Assembly: GCA_951406725.2 (NCBI GenBank)
Contig: OX597831.1
Location: 35,588,001 to 35,652,000, forward strand
Direction of reading: 5' to 3'
DNA: 64,000 nucleotides
Origin: Octopus vulgaris
Taxonomy: Eukaryota
This document shows, piece by piece, positions 25,613 to 38,009 of this stretch. Every line of letters begins with the position of its first letter. The first letter of the stretch is position 1. A program made the translations under genes and the position numbers. The notes under the pieces were generated by a model, which worked only from the letters and a program-made list of their open reading frames with translations, had not been told where the DNA came from and searched no databases.

Positions 25613-25739
25613 GTCCTATATAGAAAATGATCTGAACAAGCGTATACAGTATGAGAAAAACCAACTTGGAAAGAAGATAAGAGAACGGATATCAAACATG
25701 ATAGGCTTACTTTCTGATGACACACTGCTTTGTTCATAA
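25613..25739 (+). CDS. CFAP221: Terminal coding exon, CFAP221-like (SYIENDLNKRIQYEKNQLGKKIRERISNMIGLLSDDTLLCS*)
   Basis: Acceptor atactttcag; phase 2 start fits the upstream exons; TAA stop at 25737-25739; NxLGxKI motif near the end as recalled for invertebrate CFAP221. Confidence 0.7.
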
Positions 25740-25832
25740 AGAGTGGAAAATTGGTATTGAAAAAAAAAAATTACTACAATCCAAGACAGCCAGACACACA
25801 CATATACGCACAACAACAACAAAAAAAGAAAC

Positions 25833-25860
25833 AATAAAAGATGAAAATAAAATAAATAAA
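25833..25860 (+). promoter_or_regulatory. Candidate polyadenylation signals (AATAAA cluster) of the CFAP221-like gene
   Basis: AATAAA at 25833 with further copies up to 25860, ~95 nt after the stop; the A-rich context makes chance occurrence possible. Confidence 0.4.
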
Positions 25861-26162
25861 ATATGACGTAAAATAATAATAATAATTATTATTATTATTA
25901 TTATTATTTCTACTCTAGGCACAAAGCTTTGAAAATTATGGGGGGAAGGGCACAAGTCTATTACATCGACCCCAGCATGTAACTGGTACTTATTTCATTG
26001 ACCTCCCCACCAAAAGGAAGAAAGGTAATGTCAACCTCAGCAAAATTTGAACTCACAGTGTAGCGGCAGACGAAATACCGCTAAGCATTTTGCCTGGTGT
26101 GCTAATGATTCACTGCCTTAATAATAATAATAATAGTAATAATAATAATAATAATGATGATG

Positions 26163-26208
<46 letters not shown>

Positions 26209-26397
26209 TAATAATAATAATAATAATAATGATAATAATAATATTAATAATAATAATAATGATAATATTAATAATGATAATAATGATAATAATGATAATA
26301 ATAATAATAATAATAATCATGATAATGATAATGATGATGATGATAATGATGATGACGACGACGACGACGATGAAAAATAATAATGATAATAATAATA

Positions 26398-26930
26398 AAC
26401 ACTACCAGCTTCCAACTTCAGAAAGATGGTATCAGCATAAAGCTGAAACTGTGACTGGAAAAGATGATGTAACAGTACTCTGGGACATGCCAATCAACTC
26501 TGATAAAGAAATCACGGCAAACAGGCCAGATATAATCATCAAAGATGGGAAGAATAAGACATGCTTAATGATAGATGTGACAGTACCATCAGAGAGAAAT
26601 GTGTCCATTAAAGAAGTTGAGAAGTTATTTAAGTGCAAAGACCTAGAAATAGAAGTGACCAAGGTGTGGGGAATGAAAAGCAGCACAGCACCAGTGGTGA
26701 TTGGAGCGTTAGGGCTAATGAAAAAGGGCCTTCATAAGCAGCTCATCAAACTCCCTTGCAGTGTTAACGTGGGAGAACTTCAGAAAATAGTGTTGCTAGG
26801 TTCTGCATACATTATACGCTGTGTACTTTTCATGAGATGAGGACCTGCTGTGAGCCTAGGGTCAAGAGATGACCCCGGTTCAGCAGAAGACAATGGACCA
26901 TATTTTATTTTAAGACAATAGTAATAATAT
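26398..26930 (+). mobile_element. Shorter 5'-truncated copy of the same R4/Dong subfamily
   Basis: Near-identical to 52665-53175 (PTSERWYQHKAETV..LWD..NRPDIIIKD..IDVTVPSERN), with the same 3' UTR; flanked on both sides by (TAA/TGA)n. Confidence 0.9.
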
Positions 26931-27055
26931 TAATAATAATAATAATAATAATGATAATAATAATAATAATGATAATAATGATGATAATAATAATAATGAT
27001 AATGATGATGATGATGATGATGATGATAATTATAATAATGATAATAATAATGATG

Positions 27056-27107
<52 letters not shown>

Positions 27108-28312
27108 TAATAATGATGATAATAATAATGATAATAATGATGATGATGATAATTATAATAATAATGATAATAATAATGATAATAATAATAACAATAATAA
27201 TGAGTTGACCTTGGCAGAATTTTGAACTCTGAATGTAGCAACAGGTGAAATACTATTTAAAGACAAATTTGATCAAACAACTGGAACGGTCATCATTGAA
27301 AACAGTGGCAGATCCACTTGGATTACTTAACAATGTTTAGAATTGACGGGTAGTATGCTAGGAAAAGATTTCATTATGCAGAAACAGGTTTGGAATGACT
27401 CAGCAATGACAGAAATGTTTATAATTGCAGAGCAGTGTGTTAGGACAAGTTTAGATGTCTGTTTTCCGTGCTAGCATGGGTTGGACAGTTCGATCAGGGT
27501 CTGGGAAGCCAGGAGGTTGCACCAGGCTCCAGTCTGATCTGGCAGTGTTTCTACAGCTGGATGCCCTTCCTAATGCCAACCACTCCGCGAGCGTAGTGGG
27601 TGCTTTTTACGTGCCACCGGCACAGGTGCCAGGGGAGGCTGGCTGCAGCCACGATTGGTTGGTGCTTTTTACGTGCCACCAGCACAGAAGCCAGTCAAGG
27701 CAGCGCTGGCATAGGCCACATTCGGATAGTGCTTTTTACGTACCACCGGCACAGGTATCACAACTACAATTTCCATTTGATATTTATTTTGATGTTGATG
27801 TACTTGACTCAATAGGTCTCCTCAAGCATAGCAGGTCACCTTAAGATCCAAGGTAAGCACAGGAAGAAATGTGATTTTAACAGAAAATGTAAATGTCTTG
27901 TAATCCTGAATAATTTTTAAAGACCACTGAATAATTGCAGTATAATGGCTTCTTAGCAGATTAGAAATACTCATACATCCTCAATAATCTCTTCTCATAC
28001 TCTGTACATCAGTGTCTACTCTTGACTACACGGGCATCTAAAATAATTAGTGGAAGCATAGGAGCAGTCCTAGTTGTGTGGTTAAGGACCTTACTTCCCA
28101 ACCATGTGGTTTCAGGTTCAGTCCTACTGCAAAGCACCATGGTCACAAGTATCTTCTATAACAGTCCTGGGCTGACTTAAAGCCATGTAAATATGGATTT
28201 GGGAGACAAACTGAAAGAAGCTCTGTGTGTGTGTGTGTGCATGCATGTGTGAATGTGTGCGTGTGTGTGTGTGTGGCAATCTTTTTGTTGTACTCAATAT
28301 GGAAATATCGTA

Positions 28313-28510
28313 TCAGGACAATTACCCTCCCCCCCATAGGGTAATTCCCCCTGACAACCACTCTTCCCCAGACAATTATCCCACTTGGTTAATTACACCC
28401 TCTCCAATATATTAAGAAGTTTTAAATCATCATCTGTTGTCCTCAGGGGTAATTGTCCTGGGTTGGGGTTATTGTCTATGGGCGGGGAGAGGGGTAAATG
28501 TCTTAGACTC
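28313..28510. mobile_element. Small foldback/MITE-like remnant with modular inverted motifs
   Basis: Repeated ggacaattaccc-like motifs on the left and ggggtaattgtcc-like motifs on the right. Confidence 0.5.
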
Positions 28511-28607
28511 GGAAATATTGATAGAACACCAAATACTACAATATTCTAACAATACATCCATACTGAGTAGGATATGAACTTTGCCATTTGGTATCAATAC
28601 TCTTTGC

Positions 28608-28644
<37 letters not shown>

Positions 28645-28842
28645 TACATAGATGAATATGTATAAACATGTGTGTGCCCTTGTCTTGACTTAATTTGTTG
28701 GTTGTAAATAAGCATCACCATCATACAAGCAGTGTCATTTGTTTTTTCCAATTTTCCATGCAAAACATGCCTGGCCAAGGAAAAATATTACCTTGCTTGG
28801 ATATAGGCAAAGTTTCATGACAGGAAGGGCTTCAAGATATAG

Positions 28843-29095
28843 TGGAGGCATGTGACTTAGTGGTTAGGCTGTTGGACTCATGATCATAAGATTGTAGTTT
28901 CGATTCCCAGACTGGGCGATACATTGTGTTCGTAAGCAAAACACTTCATTTCATGTTGCCCCAGTCTACTCAGCTGGCAAAAGTGTGTAATCCTGTGAGG
29001 GACTGGTGTCCCATCCAGGTGGGGAATATATACAGATTGGAAACTGGGAAACCGGCCCTTCTGACTCAAGAAGGTAACCTTTATTTTTACTTTTA
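28843..29095 (+). mobile_element. Related tRNA/Meta-like SINE (other copies ~50222-50488 +, ~40255-40492 -, ~50530-50684 -, ~262-348 -)
   Basis: Head ggaggcatgtgacttagtggttagg..tttcgattccc; core gactggtgtcccatccaggtgggg; tail gaaaccggccct. Confidence 0.75.
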
Positions 29096-29647
29096 CATCA
29101 AGACAGAAAATCTGCTTCAGTGACTTCCATGTGGTTCTTGCAAGCATAGACTCCAGTGGCATCTTGGTGTGTTCGGTTAGCAGCCCAGGCTCTACTACTT
29201 GTCAGGCTGGGAAAATTAGAAGACTGTCTAAGCTGTTGAGAAAGATAAGAGATATGAGGTATTTTATGGAAGTGATAGATTAATTATTAGTGAATATTTG
29301 AATTAATTTTGAAAAATCTTGCCTCATGCAATATAGAAACAGTTCTCATGGCTCTGGCAAAGTATTGGTCATTCTCTGACAGCTTTATGGTCAAGCCTGT
29401 GGCAGTGGAAATCTCCAGCATTATTATTCCCTGGACCATATCTCTGCTCACCACTATCGCGGCAGGGTGTGGTTATCTGCAAGTGCAAACCCCATTATTC
29501 ACAGTGGCTATTCAAGTGCCTCTCCATTGCCATTCTCTGGGGCAATGCCTTTTCCATTTTGTCTGCTGGAACCATGAGGCAATACAATGAATTCATCACT
29601 TTTGCATGTTTCACAGAGTTAGGATATTTCTTGTTTGGATGAATTCT

Positions 29648-30232
29648 TTTTCTCTTTTATTCTTTTATTTGTTTCAGTCATTTGACTTTGGCCATGCTGG
29701 AGCACTGCCTTTAGTCGAACAAATCGACACCAGGACTTATTCTATCAGTCTCTTTTGCCAAACCACTAAGTTACAGTGATGCAAACACACCAACATTGGT
29801 TGTCAAGCAATGGTGTAGGGACAAACACACACACAAACATATACATATATACATAGACACCCCCTGGCACCTGTGCAGGTGGCACGTAAAAAGCACCCAC
29901 TACACTTGTGGAGTGGTTGGCGTTAGGAAGGGCATCCAGCTGTAGAAACACTGCCAGATCAGACTGGAGCCTGGTGCAGCCCTGGCTTCCCAGACTCCGG
30001 TCGAACCGTCCAACCCATGCTAGCGCGGAAAACAGACGTTAAACGATGATGATGATGATGATATATATGAGATAAGCTTCATTCAGTTTCCGTCTACCAA
30101 ATTCATTCACAAGGCTTTGGTTAGCCTGAGGTATAGTAGAAGACGCTTGCCCAAGATACCACATAGTGGGACTGAACCTGGGACCATGTGGTTGGCAATC
30201 AAGCTACTTACCACACAGCCACTGCTGTACCT
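29648..30232 (-). mobile_element. SINE family B copy interrupted by a family C insertion (29858-30063) in its internal microsatellite
   Basis: The two halves of B flank a C copy ending in (GAT)n. Confidence 0.8.
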
Positions 30233-32860
30233 ATATTTTTGTGTATCAAAGTCAAGAACTGATGGTTTTTCAAAATGAAATTTTGATCTGAATATGTTGC
30301 TATACTGCATCCCAATCAATTATAATGATGATGAAAATGATAGTGGTTGCCATTAAGCCAAGGCCACAATTATTTATGGGTGATAACAGGCTGTATTGTA
30401 CTATACTCTTAGTTACATAATCCTAGTTACTTAGTTTCCTCCAAAACACAAAAAGAAAGATAGAAAACAAGACCAGTCTTGAGGCAATGACAAGTGACCG
30501 AGACCTTTGGAGATATACTGTGCTTGAGAAGACCCAGCAAGCCCAGTGAGACCGTGGCTCTGGCCTATGCCAAAGTTACATAACCAGCCCTGGAGATATG
30601 CTGTGCTTGAGAAGACCTGGCAAGCCAAGTGAGACTGTAACCATGGCCCATGTTAGTGTCGCATAACCGGCCCATTTAAGAGTACCTTTCAATCATTGGG
30701 CTTAAGAAAACCTGCGGAGTCAAGTGAAATCATTGTTGTGGTCGATACCAGTGCTGCCTGACTGGCACCTGTGCCAGTCAGGCAGCATGTAAAATGTACC
30801 CACTACACTCTCGGAGTGGTTGGTGTTAGGAAGGGCATCCAGCTGTAGAAACCTTGCAAGATCAGAGTGGGGTCTGGTGCAGTCTCCTGGCTTGCCAGTC
30901 CTCAGTCAAACCATCCAACCCATGCCAGCATCGAAAGCGGACATTAAAAGATGGTGATGATGACAACAATGATGATGATGATGTGTAATAGGGAACTCTT
31001 ATATTTTTAAGACAGTAAGATATGATCAGAGGGAGATTTGGCTGTTATTTCTAGCTGTTCTTATGTCCATGTAGAGGGTATTTTTTCACATTGCCTCAAG
31101 TAAATTTCCAATAGAAGTAATACAGAATTGATTTTGCATTTCCAACAACTGAATTTTCTGCGGGTGAAAAAAAACAAAAACAAAAACATCAAAATCTACC
31201 CTCTTCTAAAAAAAAGAAAAGAAGAAAAACCAAAACTAATAATAAATGAAATAAAAAGAAGTAAAATAACTCAACATCAACTCACCACCACCACTACAAC
31301 AACAACAACAGCAACAACAATTGTAAGCGGGTCAACCAAAGTCAAACCTCTGACATTCTCTGAAATTGAATCGAGTTCCATTTGAAAATTTCAATTTAAT
31401 CTTTTGTTTACATTCAATTATTACAGTTTATTATGGCTGTTTATAAGATGCAATATTCATTAATATTTTGGGTCGATGTGAAGATGAATATTTGGATGGT
31501 GGTGGTGGCGGCGGTGGTGGTGGGAGGGTGGACTCGGTGGTTGTGGTAGCGGTGGTGGTGGTGGTTGTGCAGGAGGTAGTGGGTGTTGTTGTTGTTGGTG
31601 GTGGTAGAGTTAGTGGTTCGGAGTAGAGGTGATAGTTGCCAGTGGAAGTGATGGGTTGTGGTGGGGGTGGAAATGGTGGCAGTGGTGGTGGTGGTGGTGG
31701 TGGTGGTAGTGGTAGAGTTAGTCATTTGTGGGTGTTGTTGTTGTTGGTTGTGGTGGTAGTGATAGAGTTAGTAGTTCATGGTAGAGGTGATAGTTGCCAG
31801 TGGTAGTGATGGGTTGTGGTGGTGGTGGTGGTGGTGGTGGTTTTGGGAGGTAGTGTGTGTTGTTGTTGTTGGTGGTGGCAGTAGAGTTAGTGGTTCGTGG
31901 TGGAAGTGATAGTTGCCAGTGGTAGTAATGGGTTGTGGTGGTTGTGGGAGGTTGTGTTTATTGTTGTTGTTGGTGGTTGTGGTGGTGGTGGTGGTAGAGT
32001 TAGTAGTTCATGGTAGAGGTGATAGTTGCCAGTGGTAGTGATGAGTTGTGGTGGGGATGGGGTGGAGGAGGTTTAGTCAGTGGTGGTAGTGGTGGGTGAT
32101 AATGGCGGTGGTGGTAGTGGATGAACGTGGTGGTGGTGGTGGTGGTTGTGGTGGAGGTTGTAGTTGCTGGTGGTAGTAGCGGGTGATGGTGGTGGATAGT
32201 AACAGTGGTGGTTGTGGAGGTAGTTGGTGGTAGTGGTGGTGGTTGTAGCGAGAGTATTGGTGGTGGAGGTGCTTGTTGGGAATGATGGTGTTGGTGAAGA
32301 TGATGGTGATGGAGGCGAGAGTGGCTTAGGGGATTGTAGAATCGACATTGGTGGTGATGGCAGTGGCAGTGTTGCTGGTGGTGGTCATGGTAGCTGTGTT
32401 GCTATTATTGCTTAACCCACCCGAGTTTTAACTCTGATCGATGTAGCCCTATGATCGAAGACATTCCAAGCAAGACCATCCTGTCTTTTTCCTGTGTGCA
32501 AGGAATCCATAACCACTCTATTCAACAAATCCCTTTTTAAATGATAGACAAGATTTGAGGGAGATCTGGCTGCTGTCTCTAGCAGATAGAGCAATCATCT
32601 AGAGCAACAGTTCTCAACCATTTATTTCCCTACGGACCCCTTTAGTTCCACTCTTACTCTACTGGACCCTCATAACCATCCGATGCTTAAAAAATCCTAT
32701 TATATTTTTACAATTAAATATCAAGAATCATATAAAAAATTGTTAAAATATTTTGTGGACTGCAGTTCTTATATTTAAGAGATGAGGAATTATGTACATT
32801 ATTTACATTATTTACATTATTTACATTTGGCAGATATTTGTCCTCATCTTGTTTGTTGTT

Positions 32861-32906
32861 AACACAATGTTTCGGCTGATATACCCTCCTGCCTTCATCA
32901 GGTGTT
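32861..32906 (-). ncRNA. Minimal type I hammerhead ribozyme motif within repeat family E (32760-32960)
   Basis: AACAC-CUGAUGA-A-GGCAG..CAGCC-GAAA-CA-UU-GUGUU: intact core, 5-bp stem I, stem II with one mismatch, minimal stem III. Confidence 0.7.
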
Positions 32907-32959
32907 TTGGGGAAATTTCGAACCTGGGTTCTCATTCCTAAGGTATTTTTCAATGTTGA

Positions 32960-32993
<34 letters not shown>

Positions 32994-32994
32994 A

Positions 32995-33034
<40 letters not shown>

Positions 33035-33065
33035 ATTATTATCATCATTATCATTATTATTATTA

Positions 33066-33609
33066 TCGTGTGAGGGAGCAGTGATTGCCATCAAAGTGAC
33101 ACTGGGGTAAAATATACAAAGCCCAGTATACCCATCACGAATACTCGTCTAATAAGGGTTCACCAGGAACATGAATTACAACCATATGTGCACGACATGG
33201 TGATCTCATGTCAAGATAAACAGCGCATGACCTTGCAGGTGGGGCCCAGTTAGAATTTTCTTCTGGTCAAATAGCCCATCCCACTCAAAAGCTCCCTGAA
33301 TAAGGATTGTTTAAGGATGTTGAAGTAACCACCCATGCTTCCAAAGGTGAATTATCCAAACCTCCAAGAATTCCTCTTAACACATGGCTATGATGCTCCT
33401 CCACTACTTCTGCTCATGATCAGAGATGCACATATCGTCAACCACTAAGGGACATGCTCAACTGGTTAAGGTCAAACAACTGGCAAGCAAATCTGTGGTA
33501 TTGAACAGAATATTTACTGTAGCCCATCTTTTATACTAAGACAAAACAATGTACATGATAACACTTCCAATCAGTTAAGATCAGAAGCCACGAGAGCCAC
33601 TGCCTGTAC

Positions 33610-33610
<1 letters not shown>
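33066..33610 (-). mobile_element. Family D copy
   Basis: Collinear with 24263-24818; (ATT)n on both sides. Confidence 0.85.
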
Positions 33611-33648
<38 letters not shown>

Positions 33649-34434
33649 AGTCAAAATTAAAAGAAGAGTGCCATTGTCATCTAGTCAACGATATTTTGAC
33701 ATCTTGTGTGTCTTCAACTGGTTCAAAAAATAGATTTATTGCTCATAAATTTTAACAATAAACGCTTATATGGGCCCTTAAGGGCCATACGAACCCTTAA
33801 GGGCCATATGGTCTCTGGCTGAGAACCACTGATTGAATGATACTCTTATTGGCTTGTGTGGGTGTTGGTGGTGATGGCAGTTGCTGGAATAATGTGAGCA
33901 TGTAATTTGAGTTTTGCTGGTGGTGATAGTGATGGTGATGGTGGTGGTGGTGGATGCATGGGTGTGATAGGGATGGAGTGGGTGGTGATGATAATGTGGA
34001 TATGGTGATGGTGGTGATGGTGGTTGTGGTGGTGATAGTAGTGGGCGAGGTTATGTTCCGTGTCAGTTTGCAGGTTTGCAGACGTATCATATCACCCTAT
34101 TGAATTGAGAAGAATAAAAAAAGACAGTTCCAGCAAGTGCCTGATCAATTTCTTACTGGCTCGAAAGAGAGAGAGGGGGGGGTGAGAATGTGAAAGTGAA
34201 AGTGAAAATGAAAAAGAAAGTAACAGATTAAAAGAGGAAAGGAAAGAGAGATGCAGAGAGAGGTGATGGTCAGGGGGTAAGTGTGTGAGAGAGAAGTGAT
34301 GGTTAGGGGGTAAGTGAGAGAGAGGGAGAGAGAGATTGTGTGTGTGACATGATATGAAAACAATTTTAATAGAAATTCATAAAGAAAAGTGATAAATAAA
34401 CTTGACAGGAAGAGATTTGTATCTTTGTTGATGA

Positions 34435-35420
34435 AGGCCATCACTAATTTTCCTCAAACCATCTCTAATTTTTATCAAACAGTCACTATTTCTCATCAAA
34501 ACAAACCATCGTTAGTTTTCTCAAGAGAAATGTTTCATCAGCCCATCATTAGTTTCCATCAAACCATCACTAGTTTTGATCAAATCGTCACTAGTTTTCA
34601 CTAGACAATCACCAGTTTTTATCAAATTATCACCAGCTTTCTTCTGACCATCTCTAGTTTTCATCAAACCATCATTAATTTTCATCAAACTATCTTAGTT
34701 TTCATTAAGCCATCACTAGTTTTGATCAAACCATCACTAGTTTTCATTAGACAATCACCAGCTCTTATCAAATTATCTCCAGCTTTCTTTAGACTATCAC
34801 TAGTTTTCATCAAACTACTAGCTTTCATTATACCATTACTTCTTTGCATCAAGCAATCACTAGTTTTCATTGAACCATCACTCATTTTCATCAAACCATC
34901 ACTAGTTTTCATTAGACAATCACCAGTTCTTATCAAATTATTTCTAGCTTTCTTTAGACTATCACTAGTTTTCATCAAACCACTAGCTTTCATTAGACCA
35001 TTACTTCTTTGCATCAAGCAATCACTAGTTTTCATTGAACCATCACTCATTTTCATCAAACCATCACTAGTTTTCATTAGACAATCACCAGCTCTTATCA
35101 AATTTTCTCCAGCTTTCTTTAGACTATCACTAGTTTTCATCAAACCACTAGCTTTCATTAGACCATTACTTATTTTCATCAAGCAATCACTAGTTTTCAT
35201 TGAACCATCACACATTTTCTTCAAACCATCACTCATTTTCATCAAACCACCACTAGTTTTCATTAGACAATCACCAGCTCTTATCAAATTCTCACCAGCT
35301 TTCTTCAGACCATTTTTATGAGACCATCACAAATTTTCATCAGACAATCACTAGTTTTCTTCAAACTGTCACTAGTTTTTTTTCAATTTAATCAATCACT
35401 AGTTTTCAATTGGCCATCAC
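34435..35420. repeat. 21-bp minisatellite with a 165-bp higher-order repeat
   Basis: Unit ~catcactagttttcatcaaac; marker agctttctttagactatcac at 34781, 34946 and 35111 (period 165). Confidence 0.9.
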
Positions 35421-37397
35421 TGATTTCTTTATTCCAAAGCAATTTTTAAACAGTGGAAAAAGATACGATCAATATGTTCAATCACAAAACAACAGTGACA
35501 TCATAGATAGAATGCAAAACAAATATCACTGCTGCTATTATCTTTCTTGTGATTGCTTTTGTTATTTAGTCCCAGGTCAATCTTGAGCAATTAAACAAAA
35601 GCATTCCAGCTGTGACCATCCCATCCAATCTTTTTTATGTGCATCGAACCCACAACCTCATTATTTAATTTGTTCTTTACCAAGATGCTAAGAGTTGTGC
35701 ATAATTTCAGGGATATTTGGTTAGTTGTGCAGGAAGGGGTTATCGGAAATCACTGGCCGATGTGGAATTATCTCTGCACATTGCTACTTCGGACATAAAT
35801 AACATTAAATGAGACACATTGAAGAAAGTTAATTACAGGGGCGTCAAGTCTATGGATGAAATCCATTGAAGTGGATACGGTAGGAGAGAGAGAGATGGGG
35901 TTAATAGTAAATTTAGTATAAGATAATGTTGCTTTGGATAATATGCAATTTAGGTGTTATTAGATATTATAAGGATGTGATTTGAGTGAGATTTGGCTGT
36001 TGACTTAGATATATTAGCATTGACTTAGCACTTAATTCATATTCCAAATTAATGTGTTTGTGTGTGTGTGTGTATATATGAGCACAAATGTGTGTTTGTA
36101 TGTGTGTGTATATGTGCATGAATGTGTGTAAGCATGTGTGTAGGCATATAAGTGTGTGTGTGTGTGTTTGTGTGTGTGCATATCACTAGCAGGTATTAAC
36201 CATTCCGGTATCTATAATAAAATTGTTACTATACAAATGTATTCGGTTCTATCTTTCTTGGAGCTAGTTGCAGTATATGTATGTGTGTATCAGCATCATC
36301 ATCATCATCATCACCATCGTTTAACGTCTGCTTTCCATGCTAGCATGGGTTGGACGATTTGACTGAGGTCTGGCGAACCAGATGGCTGCACCAGACTCCA
36401 ATCTGATCTGGCAGAGTTTCTACAGCTGGATGCCCTTCCTAACGCCAACCACTCCAAGAGTGTAGTGGTTGCTTTTACGTGCCACCGGCATGAGGGCCAG
36501 TCAGGCGGTACTGGCAGTGGCCACGCTCAAATGGTGCTTTTTATGCGCCACCTGCACAGGAGCCAGTCCAGCGGCACTGGCAACGACTTCACTTGAATGT
36601 TTTTTCACGTGCCACCAGCACAAGTGCCAGTAAGGCAATGCAGGTAACGATCACGCTCGAATGGTGTTTTTTATGTGCATGTATATATTCATGTGTGTAT
36701 AGCTTAGTGGTTAGGGTAACTGGCTCACGATCAGAAGGTCAGGAGTTCAATTCCTGGCAGCACATTGTGGACCTTGAGCAAGACACTTTATTTCATGTTG
36801 TACTTGTATTTCAAACGGGCTGACCTTGTCATATTCTGTTTTATGCTGAATCTCCCTGGGAATTACTTTGAGGGTACACATGTCTGTGGAGTGCTCACCC
36901 ACTTGCACGTAAATTTCATGAGCAGGCTGTCCTATTGGTCAGATCAGTTGGGACCCTTATTGTTACAACCGAGGGAGTGTCAGTTATGTGTGCATGATGT
37001 ATAAATGTGTATGCATGCATGAATGTGTGCATTTGTATGTGTGTAGACATCCTCATCATCATTATTTTAGCACATCCACTTTTTCATGTTTCCATGGGTC
37101 AGACAGAAACCTTTGAGGTAGACAGTCAATGGTCAGGTGCACTTCCTGTTGCCAAACCTTACTCGGTTTCTAAGCAAAATGATATTTCACCATTATCAGA
37201 TGCGTTTTCTTGTGAGATGAGAAATGAAGGACACTGCACCCATAAATATTAATTCATTGGGTTGATGTATAATTAATTACTGTTTTCTTTTATTCTAAAA
37301 CTGATGTAAATTAAATTGCTCATTAATTATGCTGCAATATCAATATATACCCGTGCTATTATGGAAAACGGACGTTAAACAATGATGATGATGATGA

Positions 37398-37466
<69 letters not shown>

Positions 37467-37557
37467 AAAAGTGTAGGTGGCATACGAGTGGGTATATATT
37501 TATAAAAAAGAAGTTTGAAAACGCTACTATATAAGATAAATTTTAATTTTCTTAGAG

Positions 37558-37611
37558 ATTTTACATGTTTCGGTTCTTCTTGAAAAAAAAAAAACGAACC
37601 TTTTCAAAAAT
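37558..37611 (-). ncRNA. Minimal hammerhead motif, U3-A8 core variant, 3' of the Penelope-like ORF
   Basis: AUUU-UUGAAAA-GGUUC..GAACC-GAAA-CAUG-UA-AAAU; stems I and II perfect; palindromic ACAUGU stem III; same strand as the PLE. Confidence 0.65.
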
Positions 37612-37761
37612 ACTTTTAAAAGTTAAGTGTAATAAAAAAGTTCATAATGATTTCTTACTAGTCTCAACAGAGTCCACATGGTGGTGTTTTGTGTGTGTGT
37701 GGGGGGGAGCATAAGGGCTGTCTTGTGCATTGACTAGATTCGTTGGCTGTAACCATGAAAA

Positions 37762-37792
<31 letters not shown>

Positions 37793-38009
37793 AATATATA
37801 TCATATATATACATACATATATATATGTATATATATATATATATATGAACACATATATACATATATATAAAATATAAAATAAACATATACACACAAGCAC
37901 ACATACATACACACATGTATATATGGATAATGTACATATAAAGTATAATGTGCATATAATCCAGAAACTTTCCCAGGCTGGAGGTATGAAAGAGTTGGGG
38001 GTGGGGTCA

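Larger units (their letters stand above)
32605..33831. mobile_element. hAT/Charlie-like MITE split by nested family E and D insertions
   Basis: Ends caacagttctcaacc and ggctgagaaccactg; a related 5' end at ~23984-24070; TSD not recognisable. Confidence 0.5.
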
